From: Octopus bimaculoides
Lineage: Eukaryota
Length of the DNA stretch: 64,000 bases
NCBI RefSeq assembly: GCF_001194135.2
Contig: NC_068986.1
Span: forward strand, 113,702,149-113,766,148
Reading direction: 5' to 3'
The notes beneath the pieces are model-generated. The model did not search any database. It saw only the letters and a list, made by a program, of their open reading frames with translations, and had not been told where the DNA came from. Positions 1 through 12,420 of the stretch are shown here, piece by piece. Position numbers and translations under genes: made by a program. Position 1 is the stretch's first letter. Every line of letters starts with the position of its first letter.

Positions 1-42
<42 letters not shown>

Positions 43-457
43 TTATTGATATTAACACTTGCGAAAGCTACAGATTGCTGCTGTGTATGTAGGAGGCCTT
101 CATTATCACATCTTCACTGCGAAGCTTTTATCACACTATTGTCGGAATGAAAATATCCCCAATACTAGAGTTATAAATACCAAATATTTCATAGTAGATA
201 TATTTCTATGAATGTTGCTAATGTTATAATTTCCGTTTGACTTGAGATTTACAAGGGTCAACAGGAAGGAAGAAGAAATAGACGAAAATGGCCTCCTCAA
301 CCGGCTTTCGCCTCATAGATTCCTTTGTATTGTTGGCAAGAATGTTAATGTTGTTGATCTTGCTGCTGTCTTTCTTACTGAGTCTCGTTTTCTTTCTCTC
401 TCTCTCCCTCTCTCTCGATTATTGTATTTGTTTTTGCCATTGTCTACATAGTCAGTG

Positions 458-580
458 ATGTTGTTCTTGGTGCTGTTCTGCTTCCTGCTGTTGAACTGCG
501 TCGTGTATTTGGCTGAGGGAATTACTTGCAAAGACCAATTCCGAGGAAACATGCTGACCACTTTTGGTGGTAGCATTTAA
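458..580 (+). CDS. Candidate short ORF or first coding exon with signal-peptide-like N-terminus
   Basis: Translates as MLFLVLFCFLLLNCVVYLAEG-ITCKDQFRGNMLTTFGGSI*. Preceded by an acceptor-like tttttgccattgtctacatAG at 451. Could be a degenerate (GTT/GCT)n repeat. Confidence 0.2.
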   Translation: MLFLVLFCFLLLNCVVYLAEGITCKDQFRGNMLTTFGGSI

Positions 581-740
581 AGAATATGTATGTATGTATG
601 CATGTACAGATAGATAGATAGATAGATAGGTAAATAGATAGATTCATACAAACAAACTTAATTACATACATATGTGTGTGTGTGTGTGTGTGTGTTTGCT
701 TATATATATATGTGTATATAGATATAAATATACACACACG

Positions 741-780
<40 letters not shown>

Positions 781-782
781 TT

Positions 783-1158
783 TGTTTCACTGGGGTCGTG
801 CTGGAGCACTGCCTTTTAGTCGAAGAAATAGATCCCTGGACTTATTCTTTGTAAGCCTAGAACTTATTCTCTCGGTCTCTTCTGCAGAACCGCTAAGCTT
901 GGGTGACTTAAACACAGCAACAACCGTTGTCAAGCGATGGTGGGGAAACAAAAACAGACACAACGACACACTCATACATATGTACATGCATATACGACAG
1001 GCTTCTTTCAATTTCCGTCTACTAAATCCACTCACAAGGCTTTGGTTGACCCGAGGCTATAGTAGTAGAAACTTGCCCCAGGTGCCACGCAGCGGGACTG
1101 AGACTAGAACCACGTTGCCAGGAATCAAGCTTCTTCCACACAGCTACGCCTGCGCCTA
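783..1158 (-). mobile_element. Composite tRNA-derived SINE (Octopus-type)
   Basis: Reverse complement of a tRNA-like head at ~1075-1158 (ggtgccacgcagcgggactgag...cttccacacagctacgcctgcgcct) and the body ctggagcactgcc...gaaccgctaag...caagcgatggtggg. Paralogous to 19375-19752, 13410-13550 and 16100-16292. Confidence 0.75.
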
Positions 1159-1159
1159 A

Positions 1160-1192
<33 letters not shown>

Positions 1193-1339
1193 ACTGTACC
1201 TAGATAGGTAGATTGACAGACAAACAGGCAGACAGACAGGCAGATAGATAGTGACAGTGTAACACCCGGAAGGCTTAGACATACTGGTCAGACTCGAGCC
1301 TGTCGTTTTCTAGCAAGGGACTAGCACACACAGTGTAGT

Positions 1340-3140
1340 TGGAACAAACACATCGATGCTGTATTCATGGAGTGTTACTGCCTGATCAACCCCGTAGACG
1401 AAAATGGTGTTCATCTTAGGGAATACCGACAACGTATATATGATCAATGGAGAGAAAGACGATTGTTTCATCTCACGGAACAGAGATTGAGATCAAGCGA
1501 GAACAATAAGAAAAATCATTCGTTTACAGAAGCAGAGCTCGAAACTATCAAAAGACGAGTATTGGAAAACAGCAGCAGAGGAAATAATGAAACTGATAAA
1601 GAAATCTCATAGCTGAAAACAGAGGCGGACTATCTAATAAACCACAGGAAAGGATCAGTGATAGCTTGCTTGATAAGAGACATATAGATGTTTTGGAAGA
1701 AGACAATAAAACTAATGGTGACATAACAGGGGCAAAATGCAATCTTCTACATAATAAAGGCAACACTACAGGAGAACGATAGCGACATTATTTGCAGCCT
1801 TAAAAAGGTTGATCTGTGGAAATTGCACCAAGAGAAGGAAAATGTGAATGAAATTCTGAAATACATCAGAACAAAAATCATCACAAAAACAAATAAGTTG
1901 GTTAGGGCAGCAAGTATTGTTGTGGCAGAAAATATTGGTGTTGATGTCAAAGAAGTAGACAGGCGGGGTTAGATATGTTCTGGAAAGACATTTCTGTGTT
2001 AGACCGAAAAGAGAAGGGGAGCTTAAAAGCGAGTAAAAATACAGGGCACTGAACAGGAGGTATATTGAAATAAAGGTTCTGAATGCAGTAATGGGAAAAC
2101 TGAAAAAGCGCCACGTGGTAAAGATGGTAAGATACGACAAAAGAATGGAGGGTTACCAGCAGAATAGGTTATTCAGAGTAAATCCGAAGAGATTCTGCAG
2201 AGAAATAAATGGAGGGATCACAGATGAAAAATTGATACCAGATAACATTGAAAGTCAGAGGTTTTGGAATGATATCTGGAGCAAAGACAAGGAGCACAAG
2301 ATGGTTGCTGAATGGTTGCAAAAACTGAAACAAACAGTAGCCTGTCTACATTAGACAGAACTGGTCATTTCAGTTAGGGAAGTGGAGGAAATCAGCAAAA
2401 AATGGGCAACTGGAAGGCCTCGGGACCAGACGGATTTGAAAGCTACTGAATCAAAAGATTTGGTGAATGTCATGCACGAATAGCTGCACAACTCAACACC
2501 TTGTTAAATGCCGAACGAGTTAAACCAGATTGGTTGACAATGGGTAGGACAGTTGTGCTTGTAAAAACATCGAAAAAGTCAATACAGTAAACAATTACAG
2601 GCCGATATCCTACTTGCCACTTACGTAGAAATTATCGACTGAAATAGTCACAGTCAATGTACTGACATCTGGAAAAAATGGAGTCCTGTCACATGAGCTG
2701 CAAGCAAAAGTGCAGACGTACCAGGGTCAAGTTCTGGTAGACAAAACTGTACTTAGAGACTGCAAAAAGACGAAAAGTAACTTAGCCATATCATGGTTCG
2801 ATTATCGTAAGGCGTACGATATGATCCCACATTCTTGGATTATGGAGTGTATGGACCTATATGGTATTACATCGAATGTTGAGCGATTGCTTGGAAAAAG
2901 TATGGCAAAATAGAGGACGGAACTGACAGCATATGGAAGAAGTTTAGGGACAATAGGAATCAGGAGAGGCATCTTCTAAGGGGACTACCTGTCCCCACTG
3001 ATCTTTGTACCGTGCATGATACCACCAACACTGATTACGAGCAAAGCAAAGGCAGGGTATGTCATTAAAAGCCGCCAAGAAAATATCAACCACTTATTAT
3101 TCATGCATGAATCCCAAATCAGTTCCCTCGTTGATACGGT
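1340..3140 (+). mobile_element. Degenerate non-LTR retrotransposon, NeSL/Hero (R2-like, RLE) type, N-terminus through RT
   Basis: Frameshifted segments MECY...YRQRIYDQWRER, YQQNRLFRVNPKRF...FWNDIWS, SNLAISWFDYRKAYDMIPHSWIMEC, IRRGIF*GDYLSPLIF and NHLLFM are RT motifs of this clade. Confidence 0.85.
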
Positions 3141-3156
3141 GTATAATTTCATATTT

Positions 3157-3244
3157 GTGCAGCTGAAGAAAGCGATGTATTTAAATTGATGTAATCATTG
3201 CATCGTTCAATTAAACGGAGCCGCCTGAAATAGTCGTACTGCGT
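3157..3244 (+). ncRNA. Candidate type I hammerhead ribozyme (partly decayed)
   Basis: Stem I GUGCAG(3157-62)/CUGCGU(3239-44); core CUGAAGA 3163-69; stem II AAGCG/CGCCU with one mismatch; GAAA 3227-30; stem III AU-AGUC-GU; cleavage triplet GUA 3236-38. (TA)n follows ~40 nt later. Confidence 0.5.
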
Positions 3245-3278
3245 TACTACTTGAAATCTTGTTACATATTTTTATTTA

Positions 3279-3319
<41 letters not shown>

Positions 3320-3480
3320 GTATGTATGTATATTGTGAAGTCTATTATCTGTATACATCTACATGAATATGTACAAAAAACGCATCCCTATAATGTGTAA
3401 TGATCGCTTAGAACATTTCACTACAAGTGTCTTTGTGTACCTACGTTTAAAACGCGTGCCTGTTAATGTGGCAACTCTGC

Positions 3481-3518
<38 letters not shown>

Positions 3519-4053
3519 ATGTGTGTGTGTTTGTAACATAGAATCGTATTTTCTTAAATACCTCCATCCAGCTATGGTCAGTAAACGTCAATAGATAGGA
3601 ACGTGAGGTTCTAAATGGAGATAACCCGGTGTGAACATTTTCTTTCTCTGTACGACTAGATTTTCGTCCCGATACAACAATCTTTGGCGCAGTTTGACAG
3701 ATTTTATACTTAAATCTTCTTGGGTGCCAACATATCACCCCCAACAAAAAAAACCCTCTTCGTGAAATAGTCGGAGAGTTTCATGGAAAAAATTATAATG
3801 GCCTCGACGTAAATAATTACCAAACGAAAGTTGAAAAATATCGGTGGTTTATTTCATTTGGTATCGTGTATAATTCGAATATTATATGCCAACCACAGAA
3901 GCTTGTAAAAAAAATAATGACACGTATTATATTTTAAGCAGTAAAGTTGATATCGATTTATTACCGTGTTATAAACGGTAGATAGCTTTAGAATTTCGTG
4001 TATTATAACTTCAAGCATTTCTTTCAAGAACAACTTTATGCATTTTGATGTGC

Positions 4054-4105
<52 letters not shown>

Positions 4106-4318
4106 TGTGTGTGTGTTTGTGTATACATTCATATATTTATATACATATATATATATATACACGTATAGAGATACTTATACTAACGTATCTTTAAATGTAT
4201 ATATATTTATGTACATTTCTGTATGAATGTACGTATAGGCGCATGTGTTTGTTATGTGTATATATGTGCATATATTGTGAGCATAAGCAAACATAATAGC
4301 TAATCGATGAACATGCAC

Positions 4319-4436
4319 CTGCTCGTCACAGTATTCAGGAAACATGGTTATTGTGATTCTATATGTATCATATGTAGGACAATAACTTTCCCCAATAATC
4401 GCAGCTAACTTTGTCCAATATGTGGCACCATTCCTT
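4319..4436 (-). CDS. Candidate internal coding exon (unknown protein)
   Basis: Acceptor ctctaaagcAG and donor CAG|gtgcat. Open frame RNGATYWTKLAAIIGESYCPTYDTYRITITMFPEYCDEQ. No homolog recognised. Confidence 0.2.
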
Positions 4437-5424
4437 CTGCTTTAGAGTAGAATCGCTTTGTCTTGTCTCTATGAATACGTACATGTGTGCGTGTGAGTGT
4501 TTGTATGTATGCGTGAGTGTGTATGAGTATTTCGTGTCCGTATGCATGTATGTGTGAGTTTGTGAGAGTGTGTGTATGTGTACAGGAACAAAGAAATAGA
4601 TTTTTATACTTATCTTCACGACATGTACCTAAGTATTTTGTTGCTTCGCTTTTTTTATATAATTTTATCGAAAGTTATAGTTACATACAAAACACACAAG
4701 ACTACCGAAAATCTTTCATGTTGGTTCTTCTCTTTCCCTCTCACTCTAACTCTTTCACACTCTCTCATTCCCTCTTTCTATCTCACTCCCTCTCTCTCCC
4801 TTTATTTGTTCCTATCTCTTTCTCTCACAGTCTGCCTATAAACGTACATAGATAGATTGATGGAAAAAAAATCATACGTATAGACAGACAGAAAGACAGA
4901 CAGGTAGATAGATAGAATGACTGATTGATTGATTGATTGATTGATAGAAACGGAGTAGCTGTTATACACACAATGCTGGGGCTGTACTCCTGAAATTTCA
5001 TACAAAGTGATTACTTAAAGGACTATGCATGATTGCGGAGACAGTCCGAAATGGTGCATTATATACGTCGAAGGGGACACAAATGGAAGCAAAAGGACAT
5101 AAGAAAAAAGGGACCTAGGAAAAGTAACATATCTGTTGTTTTAATACAAGTCGACTGTGATTAAGCAAACATGAGACAGGCTTCGTTTTACCGCCTACAG
5201 TTTGCATTTTGTGTATTATTCTACACAGCTTCATTTAGTGTTCCTTTTCGAAAGCTACTATACATATATATATGCATGTGTGAGTGCATGTTCATGCATG
5301 TTAATTTGTATTATATGCATCTTATCATATTGTACTGTATACTTATACACATGCAGACGAGCGAGTGCATATATGTAACCATGTGTGTAAGTGTGTGTAT
5401 ATATATATATACATATATATATGT

Positions 5425-5457
<33 letters not shown>

Positions 5458-5612
5458 TCTGTGTGTGAGAAATTACGATAAACGCAAGTTATGATTAGAT
5501 CCTACGTACATTTCACCATTATGCTTACTTGCAACCCCGTGATCGATGCTCCGAGTGCATTAGGCTGCGTAATCAGAAAAGATCATCGCAGCACACTTTA
5601 TTGCATTAATTT

Positions 5613-5645
<33 letters not shown>

Positions 5646-5784
5646 GATAGAGAGGGAGAGAGGGAGAAAAGTGTGCGTATGCCGNNNNNNNNNNNNNNNN
5701 NNNNNNNNNNNNNNNNNNNNNNNNNNNNNNNNNNNNNNNNNNNNNNNNNNNNNNNNNNNNNNNNNNNNNNNNNNNNNNNNNNNN

Positions 5785-5821
<37 letters not shown>

Positions 5822-5962
5822 GTGTATATTACATATTTCTATTTGTTTATATATGTCAATATTTGTCGATATGTATTTATTCAGGCATATTTGTGATTAT
5901 GCGGGTGCACCAAATACATTTTCCAATTATTTAAATGTAACAAATCATGCATTTCCGTTCAG

Positions 5963-6107
5963 AAAAGATTAAGTGTTACTGCGAACGGAAATGAGGCCAT
6001 TTTGAATTGTAAATATATGCATAATATCGTCATTAAATATAACAAGCAACCAGTAAACTTTCATTTGCCAAAACCTAAAACGTCTTATTTTATAACATTA
6101 ATAACGG
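5963..6107 (+). CDS. Candidate internal coding exon (unknown protein)
   Basis: Acceptor gcatttccgttcAG and donor ACGG|gtaaat. Open frame KRLSVTANGNEAILNCKYMHNIVIKYNKQPVNFHLPKPKTSYFITLIT. Confidence 0.2.
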
Positions 6108-6123
6108 GTAAATAAATATGCCG

Positions 6124-6158
<35 letters not shown>

Positions 6159-6658
6159 NNNNNNNNNNNNNNNNNNNNNNNNNNNNNNNNNNNNNNNNNN
6201 NNNNNNNNNNNNNNNNNNNNNNNNNNNNNNNNNNNNNNNNNNNNNNNNNNNNNNNNNNNNNNNNNNNNNNNNNNNNNNNNNNNNNNNNNNNNNNNNNNNN
6301 NNNNNNNNNNNNNNNNNNNNNNNNNNNNNNNNNNNNNNNNNNNNNNNNNNNNNNNNNNNNNNNNNNNNNNNNNNNNNNNNNNNNNNNNNNNNNNNNNNNN
6401 NNNNNNNNNNNNNNNNNNNNNNNNNNNNNNNNNNNNNNNNNNNNNNNNNNNNNNNNNNNNNNNNNNNNNNNNNNNNNNNNNNNNNNNNNNNNNNNNNNNN
6501 NNNNNNNNNNNNNNNNNNNNNNNNNNNNNNNNNNNNNNNNNNNNNNNNNNNNNNNNNNNNNNNNNNNNNNNNNNNNNNNNNNNNNNNNNNNNNNNNNNNN
6601 NNNNNNNNNNNNNNNNNNNNNNNNNNNNNNNNNNNNNNNNNNNNNNNNNNNNNNNNNN

Positions 6659-6695
<37 letters not shown>

Positions 6696-7110
6696 TGTAA
6701 TATTTTTAAACAAGTAATATTGTAGAATCTTGGTGCCTCGACAACACCCATCTTCTTATGTGTATTGTTTTCAAACGTGGCTGAACACCTCCATAAACTC
6801 CATCACTGAATCACACGGCTGACCCCACCTCGACTACGGGGTTATCTAATTCTGTCATAGAAAGCACACGGCAAAAAATGACATATGTTCTAAAACAGCT
6901 TTTATTAAGATGTCATTTTAAGCTTAATAGTATATTTGTCAAGCAGTCTTTTCTATCACAAGCCGCGTAGTCTTTTTTATGTTTTGCTGTTTGCGTAATT
7001 GAAATCATATTTTCTTTCCTTTCCGCAAAATAATGATGAATTACTGCTGTTCTCGGTTTGCTGTCATCATTTACATGATTATTTCTACTTAAAATTAAGT
7101 TTTCACACTT

Positions 7111-7578
7111 TCACTTTTTCCGTGCTGTCCCTTTTATTGCTCGTGTAATTGATAAGTTTTCTCCATATTTAATTAAAAATCTGGAGGCATACTCCTTAAA
7201 TATTAAGAAAATATCACTGTTTACAGTTTGTCTAAACGAACGCTTTTCCTCTACTTGATGTTTAGTCATCGAATTTCTGATATCAAAGTGTAAAAAGGTT
7301 TTTTTCCAGGTAGATTCGCATTTGCTTTGGTGACGAAGTGCTGTCACACAATTTCGTTCACCTGTGTCGCATTTGGAATGAAATTTGCTCATGTTGAAAA
7401 ATACAGAATGGTTTTCGTTTAGAAACATTTCGGTGGTTGAATGCCTTTGTTGTTGTCCTTTGCTGTGATTTGTATTATTTTTGCTCGATGTATCGCGAGA
7501 GAAACTCTCAGTGTTGTTGTCTGCAGAAATGTTGCTACTGAATTTTATTTCATCTTTTTTGTCAAGGGGTGGGAGAAA
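7111..7578 (-). CDS. Candidate large exon or ORF (155 aa), N-glycosylation-sequon rich
   Basis: Open from acceptor atttatgtatttAG|TTT at 7578: FLPPLDKKDEIKFSSNISADNNTESFSRDTSSKNNTNHSKGQQQRHSTTEMFLNENHSVFFNMSKF...ARKK*. Seven NxS/T sequons. Confidence 0.33.
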   Translation of the reverse strand, partial: FLPPLDKKDEIKFSSNISADNNTESFSRDTSSKNNTNHSKGQQQRHSTTEMFLNENHSVFFNMSKFHSKCDTGERNCVTALRHQSKCESTWKKTFLHFDIRNSMTKHQVEEKRSFRQTVNSDIFLIFKEYASRFLIKYGENLSITRAIKGTARKK

Positions 7579-8119
7579 CTAAATACATAAATTTTCATGC
7601 AATTAGTTTTGTTAGTTTTCTTCTCTTTTGTGTATTTACATACTATGTGTAATTCGATTCTCTATGGTTTTCATGTTGGGCGTGCCCTGTAAATATATTG
7701 CATATGAATCTATTTAAATATACAATAAAATATGAATACATGCTCATAAAATAAGAAATAAGCATTCAAAATGTCCATACTTCGGTAAAATGAAAAAAAT
7801 ATATTCTCCTAAACAGTTTAAAGGAATTACATTTCAGAACCTCGAATAATAGGAAAAACAAGAAACATGAAATAAGAACAACAATAAAATAGAAAATTAC
7901 TATTTTAAAATCTCACAACGTGAGATATTCAGCAAGTACTTTGTAGGAAAGATTTTTTGCCAACATAACATGGCAGTCCTGGTTTAGGACGAATGTTGGC
8001 AAACAATCTTTACTACAACAATAAAATAATCAACAATAATATAATAATGCAAAATAATTGTTACGAATTTTGGTTCTCAGGTAGAACTGTGTGACGGAGG
8101 GAAATACGTAAAGTTTAAT

Positions 8120-8267
8120 ATATGACTGGTACTTCATTTTATCGACCACGAAAGGATGAAGGGCGAAGTATACTTCGTCGGAATTTGAACTCAGAACGTA
8201 AAAAGCCGACAGAAATGTTGCAAAGCATTTTGTTCGACGCTTTTACCATTCTGCCAGCTCACCGCCC
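8120..8267 (-). mobile_element. SINE (ggcgagctggcagaa family)
   Basis: Reverse complement of ggcgagctggcagaa...gttctgagttcaaattccg...catcctttcg. Same family as 39603 and 50553. A further partial copy lies at ~8400-8520. Confidence 0.75.
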
Positions 8268-8544
8268 ATTATAAAGAAAGGCAGCAACAATAGCAGCTGC
8301 AGCAGAAGCAACTTCAAAAACAACAACAATAATAATCCTTCCTACTATAAGCACTAACCTTGAAATCTATGAGGAGGGAAATATCTGATTAGATCAACCT
8401 GATTACCGAACGGGTGGTTATTTCATCAGCCCTGAAAGAATGAAAGACGGAATTTCAACAGAGAGCGGAAAGTCGGATGAAATGCTACTAAACATTTTGT
8501 TCGACGTGCTTTCACATTTAAAGTAACATAGCGAAGATTTACTT

Positions 8545-8887
8545 ACATAGGAAGGAAGGTAGAATAGGATCGATTGGTTGGAATTGAGAAGTGTTATGAA
8601 GGAGATCAAATCCTTGTATGGCTGTCTGAGAAATAGCGGTGAAAGAATATTGCAGGCTGCACTGAGTGAGAAGAGGAACAGTAATGATGTGGAGACCCTC
8701 AAGGAATACATAATGAGGACTAATAAAGGCAAGATGATGTAACTGGGAAGTCCGACACGGAGAGTTCTTTTCCAGCAAACATCGGATGAAGTTGATGAAA
8801 AATCTCGGAATTGGTTAAGAGATGGATATTTAAAGGAAAGAGAGCTGTTGATTTTTTGCTGCTCAAGAACTAGCAAAAATAGGGATT
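8545..8887 (+). mobile_element. NeSL/Hero LINE fragment (post-RT region)
   Basis: Decayed translation KEIKSLYGCLRNSGERILQAAL...NWLRDGYLKERE..IFAAQELA. Confidence 0.65.
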
Positions 8888-8926
8888 TCTGAATCCCTAT
8901 TTTTGCTAGTTCTTGAGCTGCAAAAA
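8853..8926. repeat. 35-bp fold-back inverted repeat with 4-nt loop
   Basis: tttttgctgctcaagaactagcaaaaatagggatt-tctg-aatccctatttttgctagttcttgagctgcaaaaa; 34 of 35 positions pair. Confidence 0.95.
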
Positions 8927-9444
8927 CTTATCTATAGTAGATGATGTTACTGTTGAATAACCAATTCTTATGCACACCTGAAACTGGAGAGGAAGAAACA
9001 ATCAGTTACATCAACCGAAGACATTTATTTTAATCAAGGTATGCTTTTTAACAACCCAAGAAATATGAATGTACGAACTGAATCCGGTGGGATTTGATTT
9101 CAGAAAATAGAGATCCCTATACTGGAGTGCAAATTTGTCCGACGTACCAGTGATTATGTCACACCAGTACGTCTGTTACATATAACACGGGCACAAGACC
9201 CCGAATTCGTGTGAAGTGTATCGCCAATTCCATCAAACGCAGTTTTCCCTGCTAGATATCTTATTTTTTCTGGAAAATTTGAGTTGTCCTCAGCAAGAAA
9301 TAAACTAAAAACTAAAAGTCAGATGAAATCATAACCTTTTTTTTTTTTTCAAATTCTTCACAAACTCAACCATTCCGCACAGGTGCAATAACAACAATAA
9401 TTTAACAATTAATTAACTGTGGAAAACAAAGTACTTTCGGAAAC

Positions 9445-9648
9445 CTTCTCTGTTGATTTCTTTAGCTTCAATAAAATTGAATCATTTGATAACATTTTTA
9501 ATAACAATTTGGACGCCATCGCAACTATTGACGCCATAATAATTCTAGAGGTTATCTCTTGTGCTGTAGTGTGTTTAGTTAATATATTGCCTGATATTAA
9601 CCCGATAAAGAGATTTAGAATGCAGTTTTGGATTATTTTCATTATAGT
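9445..9648 (-). CDS. Candidate exon with hydrophobic N-terminus, phase-compatible with the 7578 acceptor
   Basis: cttactAG|ACT ATA ATG..., translating as MKIIQNCILNLFIGLISGNILTKHTTAQEITSRIIMASIVAMASKLLL...STEK|gtttcc (phase 0). The opposite strand is also open, so the assignment is uncertain. Confidence 0.22.
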
Positions 9649-10075
9649 CTAGTAAGAGAACACCCTCAAAAGACACATAAACGTATACAATTTCGTATAA
9701 ACTTTCATTCGTTTTCACAAACGCACACGTCTAGACACACAAACACATTTTTGCTTTGTGTCTGTTTTTGCGTTTTTTGTTGTATTTTGTGTTGTTTTTG
9801 TTGTGTTTTTTTAACTACGAAAATTTCACAAAGATTTCACAGAGTTTGTCCGGTTTTTTTTTTTCTTTGTGGAAATAACAAAGCAAGTGACCAGATACAC
9901 CTCGAAATTAGAATCAAAGATTATTTTGCAAATGTGTTACAAAATGTGAATCCGTACGTTATATATGGTGATTGCATGTTCAATTTGTATTCACCTGTTT
10001 AATAATTACAAACGTACAAATTGTACGGTTAATGCATAACTATACATAAGAAGTGACATCAATATAGACATATAG

Positions 10076-10113
<38 letters not shown>

Positions 10114-10379
10114 GTATATATATATATAAATGTATGTATATAGTCATGTGTAGGTATATATACATGAGTGTCTATATATATATGTGTGTGCGTGCGTGTG
10201 CATGTGTGTTCATTTATATCTGTGTGTATACATATGCGTGCACATGTGTGGTCGTATAATTTAAGGAGGAAGGAATCTTCATATTCGTCCAAGAAAATGT
10301 AACCGATTGTATTTTTTAATCAGATGCCCGTATCATAAATGAAGACGGAGATACCTCCTTACACATGAACACGCACACG

Positions 10380-10420
<41 letters not shown>

Positions 10421-10907
10421 CCATATTAGTGTTTAAGTTGCAGGAAACTTAGTCACTCCATTCAACGTAGCTATCTCGCCAAATTTAAAATCTACATACG
10501 TTATATGTAAATGTGCGTGTGTATGTGTATTTCAGTATGTGTATACGCATATTATATATATATATATATATATATACATACATAGACGTATTCCTTGCAT
10601 AGTTTATTCTGTTTTCTCATATCACATAGCTTAATTAGTAGATAAGACAATACAATGTTGCGCTCACTTCATCAAAAATTACAGTAATCTCCCAAGTAGA
10701 GGAATACAGATGGTATATCTAGCTACCGTTTCACCCAACTTCACATCATACACGAATACGTGTATTTGTGTGTGTGCGCGAGCACGTGTGTGAATAAATA
10801 TATGTATGTATTTATGCATGCATGCATGTATGTAGGTGTGTTGGTATTTCTGCGTAAATATATTTGCATGTGCTTTTATTCATACTTGTGTGTATATTTA
10901 CACACAC

Positions 10908-10972
<65 letters not shown>

Positions 10973-11537
10973 TACATATATATATATTTACGTATGTATA
11001 TATGTATGTATATGCGTAGACAGACCAAAAGATACTGGCAAAAGATTAAAATTGCATACGCTGGTAATCAAAGACACACTAGAATAAATAAATNNNNNNN
11101 NNNNNNNNNNNNNNNNNNNNNNNNNNNNNNNNNNNNNNNNNNNNNNNNNNNNNNNNNNNNNNNNNNNNNNNNNNNNNNNNNNNNNNNNNNNNNNNNNNNN
11201 NNNNNNNNNNNNNNNNNNNNNNNNNNNNNNNNNNNNNNNNNNNNNNNNNNNNNATATATATATATATATATATATACATAAATACATACATACGTACATA
11301 TATATATATATATGTCTGTGTGTGTTCATATGTATGCATATATATATATATATATATGTCTGTGTGTGTTCATATGTATGCATATATGTATATATATATA
11401 TGTGTGTGTATTGTGTGTATGCATGCGCATGCATGTATATGTATGTGTGTGTGCATGTATATGTGTGTATAAAAACAAATAAAATGTAATATGAAAAGTT
11501 GTATCATATATGTATATCTACATACACATACACACAC

Positions 11538-11604
<67 letters not shown>

Positions 11605-12380
11605 CTATATGCATTTATTTGTGTATGTCTATGGTTCTGTAGATATTAAGATATAAACACATACATATATGCATACATAAATACATACATACATACATAC
11701 ATATGTGAATATTAATCAATAATTTATAATCAATAATGCAATATTTTAGCTGCAATCAGATTGAACTTTGCCCCATGGAAAGCAGTTAAGCAGTAATTTC
11801 GGTGGCAACCTAACACAGTTTAGTGAAAAGCGGAACGGTCAATCACCCATGAAAATGAGGCAAATAGTTATTTTAAAAAGTTTACCTCTGAAAGACAATA
11901 AATATGCCAGTTTGATAAATTCTACACCGGTTTTGGCCGGATGGTGTATATCAAGGTGTGGTGAAAGTTTGTGTGTTGTGTGAATAATATTGATATTTCG
12001 AGACAAAACAAAATAAGGAAAATTGTTATAAATGTGTCTGATGTTTAATCAATCATGTAAGATTTGCAATCTATCTATTGCTATATCGATCTGCCTATTG
12101 ATTTATGTCGTTACAAATCGATTATTCAATCATTATGTCTTTCTGTAAGTTTCACCCTCTGTCTATTCGGAACTATCTCTGCCCATTTCACTATATATCT
12201 ACTTATCTGTCTTTGTGTGTCGTTATCACTATATCGATGCATTTACCTATAACTACCTAAAATGCATTCTCTCTCACTCTATCTCTCTCTCTCTCACTCA
12301 AACAAACACTCTCCCCTTCTCACTTTCTGTACTCTTTCTGCCTATATACACCCAGAAATTTGCACTTAGACACACACAGG

Positions 12381-12420
<40 letters not shown>

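Noticed and set aside
6706-7578. Interpretation as a Naiad-type selenoprotein PLE or a code-4 microbial insert
   Set aside because: No RT, GIY-YIG or recognisable microbial protein motif, and the TGA positions are not in Cys-like motifs I can identify. Kept only as an unexplained frame.
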